Below, in pieces: positions 1 through 12,053 of a DNA stretch of 64,000 bases. The notes under the pieces were generated by a model that was not told the origin of the DNA, searched no databases, and saw only the letters and a program-made list of their open reading frames with translations. The stretch is from NCBI GenBank assembly GCA_030650425.1, contig JAUSED010000003.1, forward strand, positions 7,903 to 71,902. Reading direction: 5' to 3'. How positions within the stretch are numbered: the stretch's first letter is position 1; each line of letters opens with the position of its first letter. The DNA comes from Candidatus Omnitrophota bacterium. Lineage in GTDB: Bacteria; Omnitrophota; Gorgyraeia; Gygaellales; Profunditerraquicolaceae. Position numbers and translations under genes: made by a program.

Positions 1-35
1 CGACCAGCTTAGTCGAGGCAACCTCGGATTACAGC

Positions 36-1358
36 GTGAAGAGCGCCTTTGTTTATGATGAGAGTTCGGATAAGCTTTCGATCAGGTTATGGCTGGAGAA
101 ACGCGGGAAGCTGGTGCTTAACGATGATGTGAATAAATTAGGCGCGGCTACGGTGCAGATTTTTAACGATACTACCGGCGTATGGCTTACCGATATTACG
201 ATAACCGCGCCAACCGGAACGACTAATGGTGTCTATAATAAAGATTTGACGGGAGTTATCGCTACCGCCGGAGATATTGATTTAACTTCGGGTAAGACTT
301 ATTACTCCAAGGTGAAGATAAATTACGGCGGCACGGCCGGAGACGCGCGCACCTATGAAGGCGGCACCACCTTTAGCGTAACGGTTAATGAATCCTTAAA
401 GACTGTAACCAGCGCCATTCAGACAGTAACGACTAATATTGCCGGACAGACTGCCGAGATCAAGACTGTGGTTAAAGACGAGATCAAAAAGCAGGTTGAT
501 GAGGTGGTGGTGCCTAAGATTACGGATGTGAAGGCCGAGACAGCCAAGATCCTTACTGCCACCGCCGAAACCCTGCCGGGCAAGATTACCGAAGCCAAGG
601 ATCAGATGGTCACCAAGCTTACCGAGGTTCAGGATCAGGTAGTTACGGAGATTCAACCGTCGGTAAAGAGCGGCATCCTTAACCGCGAGAACTCGGTTAA
701 ACAAGGAGGGACAGTAGTCATCCGTTACCGCACGACTACCGGCTTGTCTCCAGCCTTAAATGTTTACAGCCCGAAGGGCGCTTTACTTCTGGGAAGCAAG
801 GCGATGAAAGAGGTTGGCGCAACCGGTGTCTATGAATATAGCGTGACTTTCGCCGCTAGCTGGGGCACAGGAGATTTCTCGGTGGTTTGCAGTGAGGCCA
901 GCCAAGGAACCGCGGATGCCTTGGTGATGAGCGTTATGCAAACGGATATCGACACTGTTTCCGGTAATGTCTCAGCGGTATTGGGGAACACCGGCGGCTT
1001 GAGCAACTTAAAGAACGTTACCAATAATATCAGCACGCAATTCAATGATATGGATCGCGTGTTGGCTAAGATCAGCAAGGATATTTCCGGAAAGCTCGGA
1101 GAGGCAAAGAGCGTGGTTAATGATTTGGCCAGTACCTTTAAACAGCTGGAAGAGATGAGCAAGCAGATTAAGGATATCGGCGGGACCACAGGAATCAACC
1201 TTGAGAAACTCTATGAGGTTTCCAAGGATAAGAGAGAAGACATAACCTATATTAAGAATAAGAGCGAAGAGCTGAAGGCCGCGATGGAGCTGAACCAGAA
1301 GATGATCGAAAACGTAGCCAAGAAACCGGTCGTCCAGAGCTGGTTCGAATTCAAATAA
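36..1358 (+). CDS. Hypothetical protein, probably 5'-truncated at the window edge. The N-terminal region is Gly/Thr-rich and beta-strand-like, followed by a long coiled-coil-like C-terminal half.
   Basis: Long ORF from the six-frame track. There is no in-frame stop between position 3 and 36, so the gene may begin upstream of the window. I recognise no motif. The stop lies 2 nt before REP array 1. Confidence 0.5.
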   Translation: MKSAFVYDESSDKLSIRLWLEKRGKLVLNDDVNKLGAATVQIFNDTTGVWLTDITITAPTGTTNGVYNKDLTGVIATAGDIDLTSGKTYYSKVKINYGGTAGDARTYEGGTTFSVTVNESLKTVTSAIQTVTTNIAGQTAEIKTVVKDEIKKQVDEVVVPKITDVKAETAKILTATAETLPGKITEAKDQMVTKLTEVQDQVVTEIQPSVKSGILNRENSVKQGGTVVIRYRTTTGLSPALNVYSPKGALLLGSKAMKEVGATGVYEYSVTFAASWGTGDFSVVCSEASQGTADALVMSVMQTDIDTVSGNVSAVLGNTGGLSNLKNVTNNISTQFNDMDRVLAKISKDISGKLGEAKSVVNDLASTFKQLEEMSKQIKDIGGTTGINLEKLYEVSKDKREDITYIKNKSEELKAAMELNQKMIENVAKKPVVQSWFEFK

Positions 1359-1360
1359 AC

Positions 1361-1465
1361 CGAAACTGTTTCCAATCCGTGAAGGAAACTGTTTCCAAGT
1401 CAATCGGGAAACTGTTTCCGCTTTAGGTCGGAAACAGTTTCCCGATTAGAATGGAAACAGTTTCT
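1361..1465. repeat. REP array 1: five units of the 13-nt palindrome GGAAAC-N-GTTTCC, starting at 1361, 1384, 1407, 1430 and 1453.
   Basis: Read directly: cgaaactgtttcc / ggaaactgtttcc x2 / ggaaacagtttcc / ggaaacagtttct, with an exact 23-nt period. Linkers are aatccgtgaa, aagtcaatcg, gctttaggtc and cgattagaat. Confidence 0.9.
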
Positions 1466-1514
1466 ATTCAATTAATTTATTGAATACTAAAATTTATCTG
1501 CTAAAATATAAACT

Positions 1515-2225
1515 ATGGATATGAAAATGCGGGTCACATTTTTAATCCTCTTTTTACTTTTGTTTTGTTCCTCAATAGCGCAAGCAGCGGGCACGATTAC
1601 TTTACGCCTGATGGCGGTAAACCCGGCGGATTCGGAACAGACGGTCCCGGTGAAAGTTTACCTGCCGATGGAAGTAAAGCCCGAAGATATTATTTATAAA
1701 GGTGACCTCGGAGTCGCTTACGACGCCCAGCAGGGAAATTATTATGTTTTCGGCGAATACCAGCTTCAGCCTAAAGAGACCCTTGAAAAAGAAATAGAGA
1801 TCAAGGATGTCTGGGTGATTGATTCGACCCAGATAGGCTTGACCCGGCAGGAAGCAAAAGAGACGCTTGAGCAATTCAAGAAGACAAATTATGTCGAGAG
1901 GGCTAACCTTCTCTACGCCGGGATAGATAAGAAACTCAAAGAAGTTGAAGAGATGCAGGATATGTCTTCGGCCAGCCCGAGTTACAAAATATCCAATTAC
2001 CGCAACGCCTTAAGTTTATTGAATTCAGCGAAAGCCGACCTGCTGGCGGCCAAGACCCTGCTCTCGGAAGTGGCGCCTAAAGGGCTTGCTGGGCTTACTT
2101 GGAAGATTATCCTGTTTATTATTATTTTTCTTGGCGTGCTTGGTTTTGGTTTCTTTTTTATCTGGCAGCGCCAGATGAAGATGGAAGCGGAGCAGCAAAA
2201 AGACCAGCAGCCGCCGCAGGAATAA
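1515..2225 (+). CDS. Hypothetical secreted or membrane-anchored protein with an N-terminal signal peptide and a C-terminal TM helix.
   Basis: Hydrophobic N-terminus MRVTFLILFLLLFCSSIAQA, and C-terminal WKIILFIIIFLGVLGFGFFFIW. The true start may be ATG 1521 or 1527. Confidence 0.55.
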   Translation: MDMKMRVTFLILFLLLFCSSIAQAAGTITLRLMAVNPADSEQTVPVKVYLPMEVKPEDIIYKGDLGVAYDAQQGNYYVFGEYQLQPKETLEKEIEIKDVWVIDSTQIGLTRQEAKETLEQFKKTNYVERANLLYAGIDKKLKEVEEMQDMSSASPSYKISNYRNALSLLNSAKADLLAAKTLLSEVAPKGLAGLTWKIILFIIIFLGVLGFGFFFIWQRQMKMEAEQQKDQQPPQE

Positions 2226-2232
2226 TTTAGAG

Positions 2233-2276
2233 AGGGACGGTTCTATGCTCAACGGTTTAAAATAATAGAACCGTCC
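2233..2276 (+). terminator. Stem-loop (agggacggttctat ... atagaaccgtcc) following the stop of the 1515..2225 gene.
   Basis: 12-bp inverted repeat with an 18-nt loop, followed by T-rich sequence (ttattgtt). Confidence 0.4.
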
Positions 2277-2284
2277 TTATTGTT

Positions 2285-3070
2285 ATGACAAAACTTAAAT
2301 TAATTTTTTCATTTTTATTTCTTAGCTTATTCATATTCGCTTCGGCCCGGGCGGAAGTGATCAGTTCCTTCTGGCGGACGGAAAAATCCCAGCACTTTAT
2401 CGTTTATTATCAGCAGGCCAATCCCACTTTTGTCAGCGAGCTGATCAATAAGGCCGAGGATTATTATAACGGCATAATGGAAGAGCTGGGTTACCGCAGG
2501 TTTGATTTTTGGAGCTGGGATAACCGCGCCAAAATTTACCTTTATGATAATGCCGACGATTTCCATAAGGAAACGCAGCGCGAGGGTTGGACCGGGGCAA
2601 TAGTTTCCGTCCCGAACAGGACCATTCAAAGTTACGTGGGCCAGAGCGGTTTTTTTGATTCCCTGCTTCCCCATGAAATGACCCATATCATCTTTCGGGA
2701 GTTCATCGGTAAGCAGATCGCGCTTCCTCTCTGGATTGATGAGGGCGTTGCCTGCTCTCAAGAGAAGAGCAGCCTCCTGGCGCGTATGCGCATAGCCACG
2801 GAGTTGGTTACCCAAGGCCAATACCTGACTCTTGATGAGCTTTCGAAAGTGAGCAAATTAGACGACAAAATAACTCCCCGCGTTTTTTATTCAGAGGCAG
2901 CCTCAATCATCGTTTTCCTGATCCAAAAAGAGGGCAAGACAGGGTTTCTGGATTTTAGCCGGGCCCTGCGCGACGGGACAGATTGGAAAAAAGCGCTATT
3001 GAAGACGTATAATTTCTCCAGCCTCCAAGAGATGGAAGAGAAGTGGAAGGAGATGCTATGCAAGATGTAA
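2285..3070 (+). CDS. Secreted zinc-metallopeptidase-like protein (HExxH gluzincin-type motif).
   Basis: Signal peptide, motif PHEMTHIIF with a downstream IDEG glutamate. Resembles the peptidase MA superfamily. Confidence 0.5.
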   Translation: MTKLKLIFSFLFLSLFIFASARAEVISSFWRTEKSQHFIVYYQQANPTFVSELINKAEDYYNGIMEELGYRRFDFWSWDNRAKIYLYDNADDFHKETQREGWTGAIVSVPNRTIQSYVGQSGFFDSLLPHEMTHIIFREFIGKQIALPLWIDEGVACSQEKSSLLARMRIATELVTQGQYLTLDELSKVSKLDDKITPRVFYSEAASIIVFLIQKEGKTGFLDFSRALRDGTDWKKALLKTYNFSSLQEMEEKWKEMLCKM

Positions 3071-3933
3071 ATATTCTGGTTTTTGAAGAAGATGCCCAAG
3101 CAGCAAAAACAATCGAGGCTGTTTTGAAATCGGCAGGTTACCATGTCTGGTTAGCCTCAAGCCCCGCTGAAGCGCTTACTTCATTGCGCTCCAATGTTTT
3201 TCCCGCGGCGATTGCCGAGGTGCATTCGGCTAAAATGAATGGCACCCATTTTACGCAAGAAGTGCATAAAATATCCGCGGGGACGAATGTCTTGGTGATC
3301 ACGCTCTATTCTTTTATTAATTCAGCCATTGAAGCAATGGAAGCCGGAGCCTATGCCTATATTACCAAACCCTTCAACAGTTCAGAGATCCGTATCGTGG
3401 TTGAGCGGGCGGTGGAGAGGTATTTCCTGCTTTCGACCAGCGATGAAAAGGACTATTTTGTGGATTTGGCCGTGCGCGACGGCCTGACCGGTCTTTTTAA
3501 CCGCCGTTATTTCAATGAGTTAATCAATATGGAAATTAACCGTTTAAAAAGAGCGCCGAGTTCACTATCCCTACTAATGCTTGACATCGATAATTTTAAA
3601 ATCTATAATGATACGCAAGGGCATCCGGCGGGCGATGAATTACTCAAGAAATGCGCCAAGGTCTTCAAGAATTCCGTGCGCGCGGTGGATATAATTTGCC
3701 GCTATGGAGGGGAAGAGTTTATTATTATGCTTCCTCAGACAGATAAACCGGGAGCGCAGATTATCGCCGAGCGCCTGCGTATGCAGGCAGAACTTTTCTT
3801 ACCGACGACGATCAGCGTGGGAATTGCCACGCTTCCGCAAGACGCGCAGAGTGTTGAGGACTTGATTCAAAAGGCGGATGATGCTCTTTATCAGGCTAAA
3901 AAAAGCGGAAAAAATAAGTGGTGTGCGGCATAA
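3058..3933 (+). CDS. Response-regulator receiver fused to a GGDEF (diguanylate cyclase) domain. The receiver appears atypical.
   Basis: GGDEF signature RYGGEEFIIMLP. The receiver has K (YITKPF) and T/S positions but EE in place of the acidic DD pair, and Glu (AIAEVH) where the phospho-Asp is expected. Start moved to ATG 3058, which has an upstream GGAGA RBS. Confidence 0.8.
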   Translation: MQDVNILVFEEDAQAAKTIEAVLKSAGYHVWLASSPAEALTSLRSNVFPAAIAEVHSAKMNGTHFTQEVHKISAGTNVLVITLYSFINSAIEAMEAGAYAYITKPFNSSEIRIVVERAVERYFLLSTSDEKDYFVDLAVRDGLTGLFNRRYFNELINMEINRLKRAPSSLSLLMLDIDNFKIYNDTQGHPAGDELLKKCAKVFKNSVRAVDIICRYGGEEFIIMLPQTDKPGAQIIAERLRMQAELFLPTTISVGIATLPQDAQSVEDLIQKADDALYQAKKSGKNKWCAA

Positions 3934-4158
3934 ATGCAGTTATCCATACTTGATCCTAAAAAAGCCATCTGGCAGGGGATGAGTAAAGAAGTTAAATTGC
4001 CGACTGCCGACGGAGAAATGTGCGTGCTTGATTTCCACCAGTCTTTCGTGGTCAGGTTAGCCAGAGGCAGTATAATTTTTTCGGAGACGCGTATACCAAT
4101 AAAGGACGGTATTGCTTTTATGCGCTCAAACAGTTTGACTGTTTTCGCGCAGACGTAA
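3934..4158 (+). CDS. atpC: F-type ATP synthase epsilon subunit, N-terminal beta-sandwich domain only.
   Basis: Pattern L.I..P...IW.G....V.LPT.DGE..VL..H.....L..G.I.F matches the epsilon N-domain. At 74 aa it lacks the C-terminal helical hairpin. Confidence 0.6.
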   Translation: MQLSILDPKKAIWQGMSKEVKLPTADGEMCVLDFHQSFVVRLARGSIIFSETRIPIKDGIAFMRSNSLTVFAQT

Positions 4159-4167
4159 AATTAATCT

Positions 4168-4380
4168 ATGTCCACATTCGCATTAGCGCTGGTGATGATT
4201 CTAAGTACCGCCGGGCCTGCCGCGGTGATTGCCTTTGTAGGATATTCTGCGGTTAAATCAATAGCGCGTAACCCCTCCGCTTCCTCAAAAATATTCATCG
4301 TTATGATTCTGGCTTTTATTTTTTCAGAAGCAATCGCGATTTTAGCGCTTCTGATTTTATATAATCTTTTCGCCAAATAG
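4168..4380 (+). CDS. atpE: ATP synthase c subunit (proteolipid).
   Basis: Two-helix hairpin with a conserved loop (VKSIARNPSAS) and a carboxylate in helix 2 (FIFSEAIAILAL). Confidence 0.75.
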   Translation: MSTFALALVMILSTAGPAAVIAFVGYSAVKSIARNPSASSKIFIVMILAFIFSEAIAILALLILYNLFAK

Positions 4381-4393
4381 GAGCTCGGGTCTT

Positions 4394-5107
4394 ATGCTCA
4401 TCCAGCTTTTAGTCATCCAAGTAGTCACATTCATCGGTATTATCTTCTTAATGCGCTTTCTTTTCTCCCGGCATCTTAAAGTTGCCCTAGAGAGGCTGAA
4501 TACTTTACACGAGGAGAATCTGGCTAAAGAGGAAGAGCTTAATGAAGAGCTTAAGCGCGCCAAGGAAGAAAGCCATGCGCAAATAGAGAAGGGCAAGGAA
4601 GAAGCGGAGCTTATTGTTGAAGAGGCCAAGAAAGACGCGTTGCGGCTGCGTTCAGCGCTTGAGGAAGAAGCTAAGGCGCAGGCAGATAAAATTGTGGCTG
4701 GCGGGAAGATTGACGCAGAGAAACTGAAGGAAAAGTGCTCGCAAGATATACAGGCTCAAAGCGTCGAACTGGCTTCAAGGATGATTTCCGAGCTGTTGAT
4801 TGAGGCGGACAAAATCGCCCTGCAGTATCAATTTACCAATGAAATAATCGAAGAGATTGCCCGCCTGCCGAAAGAGCAGTTTAATGTCCAATCCAAAGAT
4901 ATAAAAGTCACCTCGAGTTTCCCGCTTCTAGATAGGCAGAGGGAAGAGCTTAAGAAGGCCTTGACTGAAAAGCTGGGGAGCGCGCCTGAAATAAAAGAGC
5001 AAATAGATGCCCGGCTTATCGGCGGCCTGATCGTCGAAATAGGCGGTATGGTTATCGACGGAACGTTAAGAAATAAACTGCAAAGAATCATTCCTTATTT
5101 GAAATAA
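4394..5107 (+). CDS. ATP synthase b subunit fused to a delta/OSCP-like C-terminal segment.
   Basis: N-terminal TM helix, long charged coiled coil, and a C-terminus (ARLIGGLIVEIGGMVIDGTLRNKLQRI) matching the delta-subunit C-terminal motif. Confidence 0.6.
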   Translation: MLIQLLVIQVVTFIGIIFLMRFLFSRHLKVALERLNTLHEENLAKEEELNEELKRAKEESHAQIEKGKEEAELIVEEAKKDALRLRSALEEEAKAQADKIVAGGKIDAEKLKEKCSQDIQAQSVELASRMISELLIEADKIALQYQFTNEIIEEIARLPKEQFNVQSKDIKVTSSFPLLDRQREELKKALTEKLGSAPEIKEQIDARLIGGLIVEIGGMVIDGTLRNKLQRIIPYLK

Positions 5108-5137
5108 GAAGCAAAAGAGACATACCGCAATTGTAGT

Positions 5138-5242
5138 AGGGGACACTTTCCAACCTCTGCAGAAAGGGACACTTTCCGTCAGGGCCTAACTAGAACTTCA
5201 AAAGGAAAATGTCCCTTTCTGACGCAAAGGAAAGTGTCCCCT
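5138..5242. repeat. Family-2 palindromic element as a nested double copy. Layout is A(5138-5151) A(5165-5177) loop A'(5204-5216) A'(5229-5242), with A = GGGGACACTTTCC.
   Basis: Read directly. The same stems and loop (gtcagggcctaactagaacttcaaaa) recur at 34171-34225 and, with the loop inverted, at 59843-59898. Confidence 0.85.
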
Positions 5243-5254
5243 AGCATTGAGAAA

Positions 5255-6715
5255 ATGAAAATTAACGCATTAGACATCCGGGAAGTCGGCAGAATAGAAG
5301 AGCTTAAGCAGGGAATTGTCAAGATCAGCGGCCTGCCTAATTGTTCGTACGGAGAAGTGATTGAATTTGAGAACGGGCTAAAAGGGATGATCGTTGAATT
5401 TAACCCTGAATGCGCTTACGGTATTATTTTCGGTGATGAACACAAGGTTAAGGTTGGGGATGTGGTCTCCAGCCGCGGAGGCCTGCTCAATGTTCCGGTG
5501 GGAAGCGCCTTTGTCGGCAGGGTAGTCGATTCTCTGGCCCGGCCAATAGACGGAAAAGGGCATATTGAAGCGGCGGATACTTATTCGGTTTTTCGCGAGG
5601 CAGCCGGAGTAATGGAGAGGGAGCCGATCAGCGAAACCCTGCATACAGGGATAAAGATTATCGATATGCTGATCCCCTTGGGTAAGGGCCAGCGCGAACT
5701 TGTCGTCGGAGACCGCCAGATTGGCAAGACTTCTATCGGCCTCGATACGATCATCAATCAAAAAGGTAAAAATGTCATTTGCATATATTGCTGGATAGGA
5801 GGGAGCAGCGCCGCTTTTAATAAAATCATCCAAACCCTGCGCCAGCACGGAGCAATGGATTATTTTCTGGGCGTTTCGGCGCCGGCAGGCGCCTCCACCT
5901 CCGAACAATACATCTGCCCTTATACCGCCGCTGCCCTCGGCGAATATTTTATGTATAACGGCAAGGATGTTTTGATTATTTTTGACGATTTAACCAAACA
6001 TAGCTGGGTTTATCGTCAGATGTCTTTGCTCCTTGAGCGCGCCCCGGGAAGAGAGGCGTACCCCGGAGATATATTCTTTCTGCATTCGCAGCTAATGGAA
6101 CGCGCGGGCAGGTTAAAGAAAGAATTCGGCGGAGGGTCAATGACCTTTTTTCCTTTAGCCGAGACACTACAAGGCGATATTACCGGATACATTTGTTCCA
6201 ATATCGTCTCGATGACTGACGGCCAAATTTATTTAAACACCGGGCTTTTCCAAGAAGGCTTTAAACCGGCGATCGATCTGGAGTTATCCGTCTCGCGTAT
6301 CGGAAGCAAGGTGCAGTGTCCGGCAATCCGTCAATTAAGCGCGGGGCTGCGCTACGAATACGTGCGCTTCCGTTCGTTGCTCAGGCTTACCCGCTTAAGG
6401 ACTAAGCTTAGCCCGGAGGCAGCTGAACAGCTGCAAAGGGGCAAGGTCCTCTATGAGCTTTTAATTCAGGAGAATAGCGTCCCTCTTTCTCAGGCGGAAG
6501 AGATCGCTCTTTTTTACGCTTTTTACCAGAAGATACTGGAGGCTCTCAGCATAGAGCAGGTGAAATATTTTAAAATTAACTTTTTTAATTATTTGTCTAA
6601 TCATTACGGGGAATTAGTCAATGAGCTTAACACAAAAGGCGAACTGGGAGACGAGATTAAGGCGCAATTAGATAAAGCAATCAAGGATTTCTTCCGCAGC
6701 GCGAAGATAGGGTAG
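5255..6715 (+). CDS. atpA: F1 ATP synthase alpha subunit.
   Basis: Walker A GDRQIGKTSIGLDTI, ERAPGREAYPGDIFFLHSQLMERA, and C-terminal LRYEYVRFRSL-like region. The track start at GTG 5234 lies inside the repeat element; ATG 5255 is preferred. Confidence 0.9.
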   Translation: MKINALDIREVGRIEELKQGIVKISGLPNCSYGEVIEFENGLKGMIVEFNPECAYGIIFGDEHKVKVGDVVSSRGGLLNVPVGSAFVGRVVDSLARPIDGKGHIEAADTYSVFREAAGVMEREPISETLHTGIKIIDMLIPLGKGQRELVVGDRQIGKTSIGLDTIINQKGKNVICIYCWIGGSSAAFNKIIQTLRQHGAMDYFLGVSAPAGASTSEQYICPYTAAALGEYFMYNGKDVLIIFDDLTKHSWVYRQMSLLLERAPGREAYPGDIFFLHSQLMERAGRLKKEFGGGSMTFFPLAETLQGDITGYICSNIVSMTDGQIYLNTGLFQEGFKPAIDLELSVSRIGSKVQCPAIRQLSAGLRYEYVRFRSLLRLTRLRTKLSPEAAEQLQRGKVLYELLIQENSVPLSQAEEIALFYAFYQKILEALSIEQVKYFKINFFNYLSNHYGELVNELNTKGELGDEIKAQLDKAIKDFFRSAKIG

Positions 6716-6720
6716 AATAA

Positions 6721-7560
6721 ATGATCCCCATAGGCAAGTTAAAGACGAATATGCTGTTTAATAAAAACCTCGAGGATTTAATCGAGGTAATGAAACTGGC
6801 GGCGACTACGCAGTTTAACCAGTTTCGTTCGCGCCAAGAGCCTTCCGCGGATTTCATCCGTCAGCTCGACGAAGTGTTTGAGGTTTTATTTTCTTCAGGG
6901 ATCCCCAAAGATTTGCTTGTCTCTGAAGAATCCCTCCCGGCGCTCATCCTCTTGGTCTCCTCCGACGAAGGCTTCTTGGGGGAATTGAATTTTCTTTTGG
7001 TGAATAAACTTTTGGATATAAAAAGGCCGCAGGATACGGTTCTTTGTGTGGGTAATCAAGGCGCTAATTACCTGAAGGAAACTGAGATAAATTTTTCATT
7101 CCTTGATTCGCCGGGCGAAAAGATTGACAGCGAAAACCTGGGTAAAATATGTGATAGTATTTTCAAGCAATACCTGAAGCGCTCCGTCGGCAGGGTTTAT
7201 GTGATCTATTCGCGTTTTATCAATATCACCGCGCAGCAGATCGAACTGGAGAGCCTGCTTCCTTTAGAGAAGACATCTTCTTCCACTAAGCCTGTACGCG
7301 ATCTTTTGGTTGAGCCTTCCAGCCGCGCTGTAATTGAGGGATGGATTAAGCAATGGCTGAGTTTTCGGCTTTATCATATATTCTGGTCGAGTAAGTTGGC
7401 AGAATTTGCCGCGCGGATTATGCATCTTGAGGGAAGCGTACAGGAGTTAGGAAAAATAAACAGCCATTTGCGTATGGAGTATTTTAAGTATTTGCACGGG
7501 CTTTCCGATAAATCCATCCGCGAACTTACCGCGGCGCGCTTGTTGGAGAAGAATAAGTAA
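6721..7560 (+). CDS. atpG: F1 ATP synthase gamma subunit (divergent).
   Basis: Position between alpha and beta, N-terminal LEDLIEVMKLAATTQFNQFR helix, and size of about 279 aa. Confidence 0.6.
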   Translation: MIPIGKLKTNMLFNKNLEDLIEVMKLAATTQFNQFRSRQEPSADFIRQLDEVFEVLFSSGIPKDLLVSEESLPALILLVSSDEGFLGELNFLLVNKLLDIKRPQDTVLCVGNQGANYLKETEINFSFLDSPGEKIDSENLGKICDSIFKQYLKRSVGRVYVIYSRFINITAQQIELESLLPLEKTSSSTKPVRDLLVEPSSRAVIEGWIKQWLSFRLYHIFWSSKLAEFAARIMHLEGSVQELGKINSHLRMEYFKYLHGLSDKSIRELTAARLLEKNK

Positions 7561-10678
<3,118 letters not shown>

Positions 10679-10679
10679 T

Positions 10680-10784
10680 GGAAACTGTTTCCGGTCCAAA
10701 GCGGAAACAGTTTCCGTTTCAATCGGGAAACAGTTTCCCGATTAGCTTGGAAACAGTTTCCTTCACGAATTGGAAACAGTTTCC
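10680..10784. repeat. REP array 3: five units starting at 10680, 10703, 10726, 10749 and 10772. It begins 2 nt after the pilB/gspE stop.
   Basis: 23-nt phasing. Unit 3 plus its arms forms the 26-nt palindrome tcaatcGGGAAACAGTTTCCcgatta. Confidence 0.9.
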
Positions 10785-10811
10785 ACTATGCTATGGCGGG
10801 GAGAATAGATT

Positions 10812-12047
10812 ATGAAATTTTTATACAAGGCTAAAAAGAGCTTAAACGAGATTGCTGAAGGAATCATTGAGAAAGATAGTATTGAGCAGGCTATCGAGGA
10901 ACTGCAGGCAAAAGGCCTTACCCCGATTTCTATCGAACCGCAAAGCCCAATTGTTTCTCCCGGAGCCCCTAGCGCTAAAGTCGTCAAGAAGAACAACCTA
11001 AGGTTTACCTCCGGAAAATGGGGGCTAAAACAACTGAGCCTTTTTACCCAGAAGTTATACAACTTAATCAATACCCGCGTTGAGCTGCTTAACGCGCTGC
11101 GGCTCTTAGAAAAAAATTGCGAGAACCAGACGGAAAAAATCCTTCTCGGAGAGATCATTAAAAATATTAAGGATGGTATGTCTTTTTCCGAATGCCTGAA
11201 CTGCTATCCTAAATATTTCCCCGAGCTTTACGTGCATATAATACACACCGGAGAGTCAACGGGGAAATTAAAGGATGCCCTTCTTCAACTGTTGGATTAT
11301 CTGCGCCGGCTTGAAGATTTGAAGCTGAAAGTAAAACAGGCGCTGGCCTATCCTATATTTATGACCGTAGTCGGCATAGGCACGATAGGCGTAATGCTCA
11401 CCTTTGTTTTACCGCGGCTTGCCGGGATGTTTGACGATTTTCACGCCCAGCTTCCTATGCCCACGCTTATCCTGCTGAATACCGCGAATTTCATCAAGCA
11501 GTATTGGTTTTTTATAATTATATTTTTTGCCCTGTTGATTTCCGCGTTAAGATTCCGGCTTCAGGGAAAAGAAAGTTTATTCGGACGCCTGAAATACCAT
11601 ATTCCCATAGCCAAGGGGATTATTTATAAACAGTCGGTAGCAAATTTCTCAAGGAGTATATCGCTGCTGCTAAAAAGCGGAGTCACTTTAATGGCCGCGC
11701 TTGGCGACGCCGCGTTTGTGATTGGAAATCCGGTTTACATCCAGCAGTTGGGAGAGGTGCGCAAGGATATAGCCGGAGGCGTTACTTTCTCTGATTCGCT
11801 GGCTAAATTCAAGATCTTTCCGGATTTTTTTGTGCAGATGATCCGCGTAGGTGAAGAGGGAGGGAGGCTGGATCAGGTCCTTTCGGATATAGCGGAATCT
11901 TACGATAACGAGATTGAAGCTGACCTGAAGACGATCAGTTCCCTGATCGAGCCGGCGATCATCCTGATTTTAGGTTCGGTGATCGGCAGTATGGTTATTG
12001 CTATGCTTTTGCCTATCTTTAACATGAGCAGCCTGTTCGGAACTTAA
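10812..12047 (+). CDS. Type IV pilus / T2SS inner-membrane platform protein (PilC/GspF family).
   Basis: Duplicated GspF domain architecture with 3 TM segments, typical length of 411 aa, and position after the ATPase. Confidence 0.85.
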   Translation: MKFLYKAKKSLNEIAEGIIEKDSIEQAIEELQAKGLTPISIEPQSPIVSPGAPSAKVVKKNNLRFTSGKWGLKQLSLFTQKLYNLINTRVELLNALRLLEKNCENQTEKILLGEIIKNIKDGMSFSECLNCYPKYFPELYVHIIHTGESTGKLKDALLQLLDYLRRLEDLKLKVKQALAYPIFMTVVGIGTIGVMLTFVLPRLAGMFDDFHAQLPMPTLILLNTANFIKQYWFFIIIFFALLISALRFRLQGKESLFGRLKYHIPIAKGIIYKQSVANFSRSISLLLKSGVTLMAALGDAAFVIGNPVYIQQLGEVRKDIAGGVTFSDSLAKFKIFPDFFVQMIRVGEEGGRLDQVLSDIAESYDNEIEADLKTISSLIEPAIILILGSVIGSMVIAMLLPIFNMSSLFGT

Positions 12048-12053
12048 ATAATA

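Noticed and set aside
4161-4376. 71-aa minus-strand ORF overlapping the ATP synthase c-subunit gene
   Set aside because: It is the antisense frame of a well-supported, motif-bearing c-subunit gene, in an otherwise uniformly plus-strand operon. It is a spurious shadow ORF.
396-5908. Antisense ORFs embedded in long genes (e.g. 396..704, 830..1198, 1602..1874, 2327..2821, 5378..5908, 8149..8649, 9745..10056, 52824..53390)
   Set aside because: Each lies wholly inside, and opposite to, a larger ORF with clear homology or motifs. None has an RBS or recognisable domain. They are treated as non-coding shadows.
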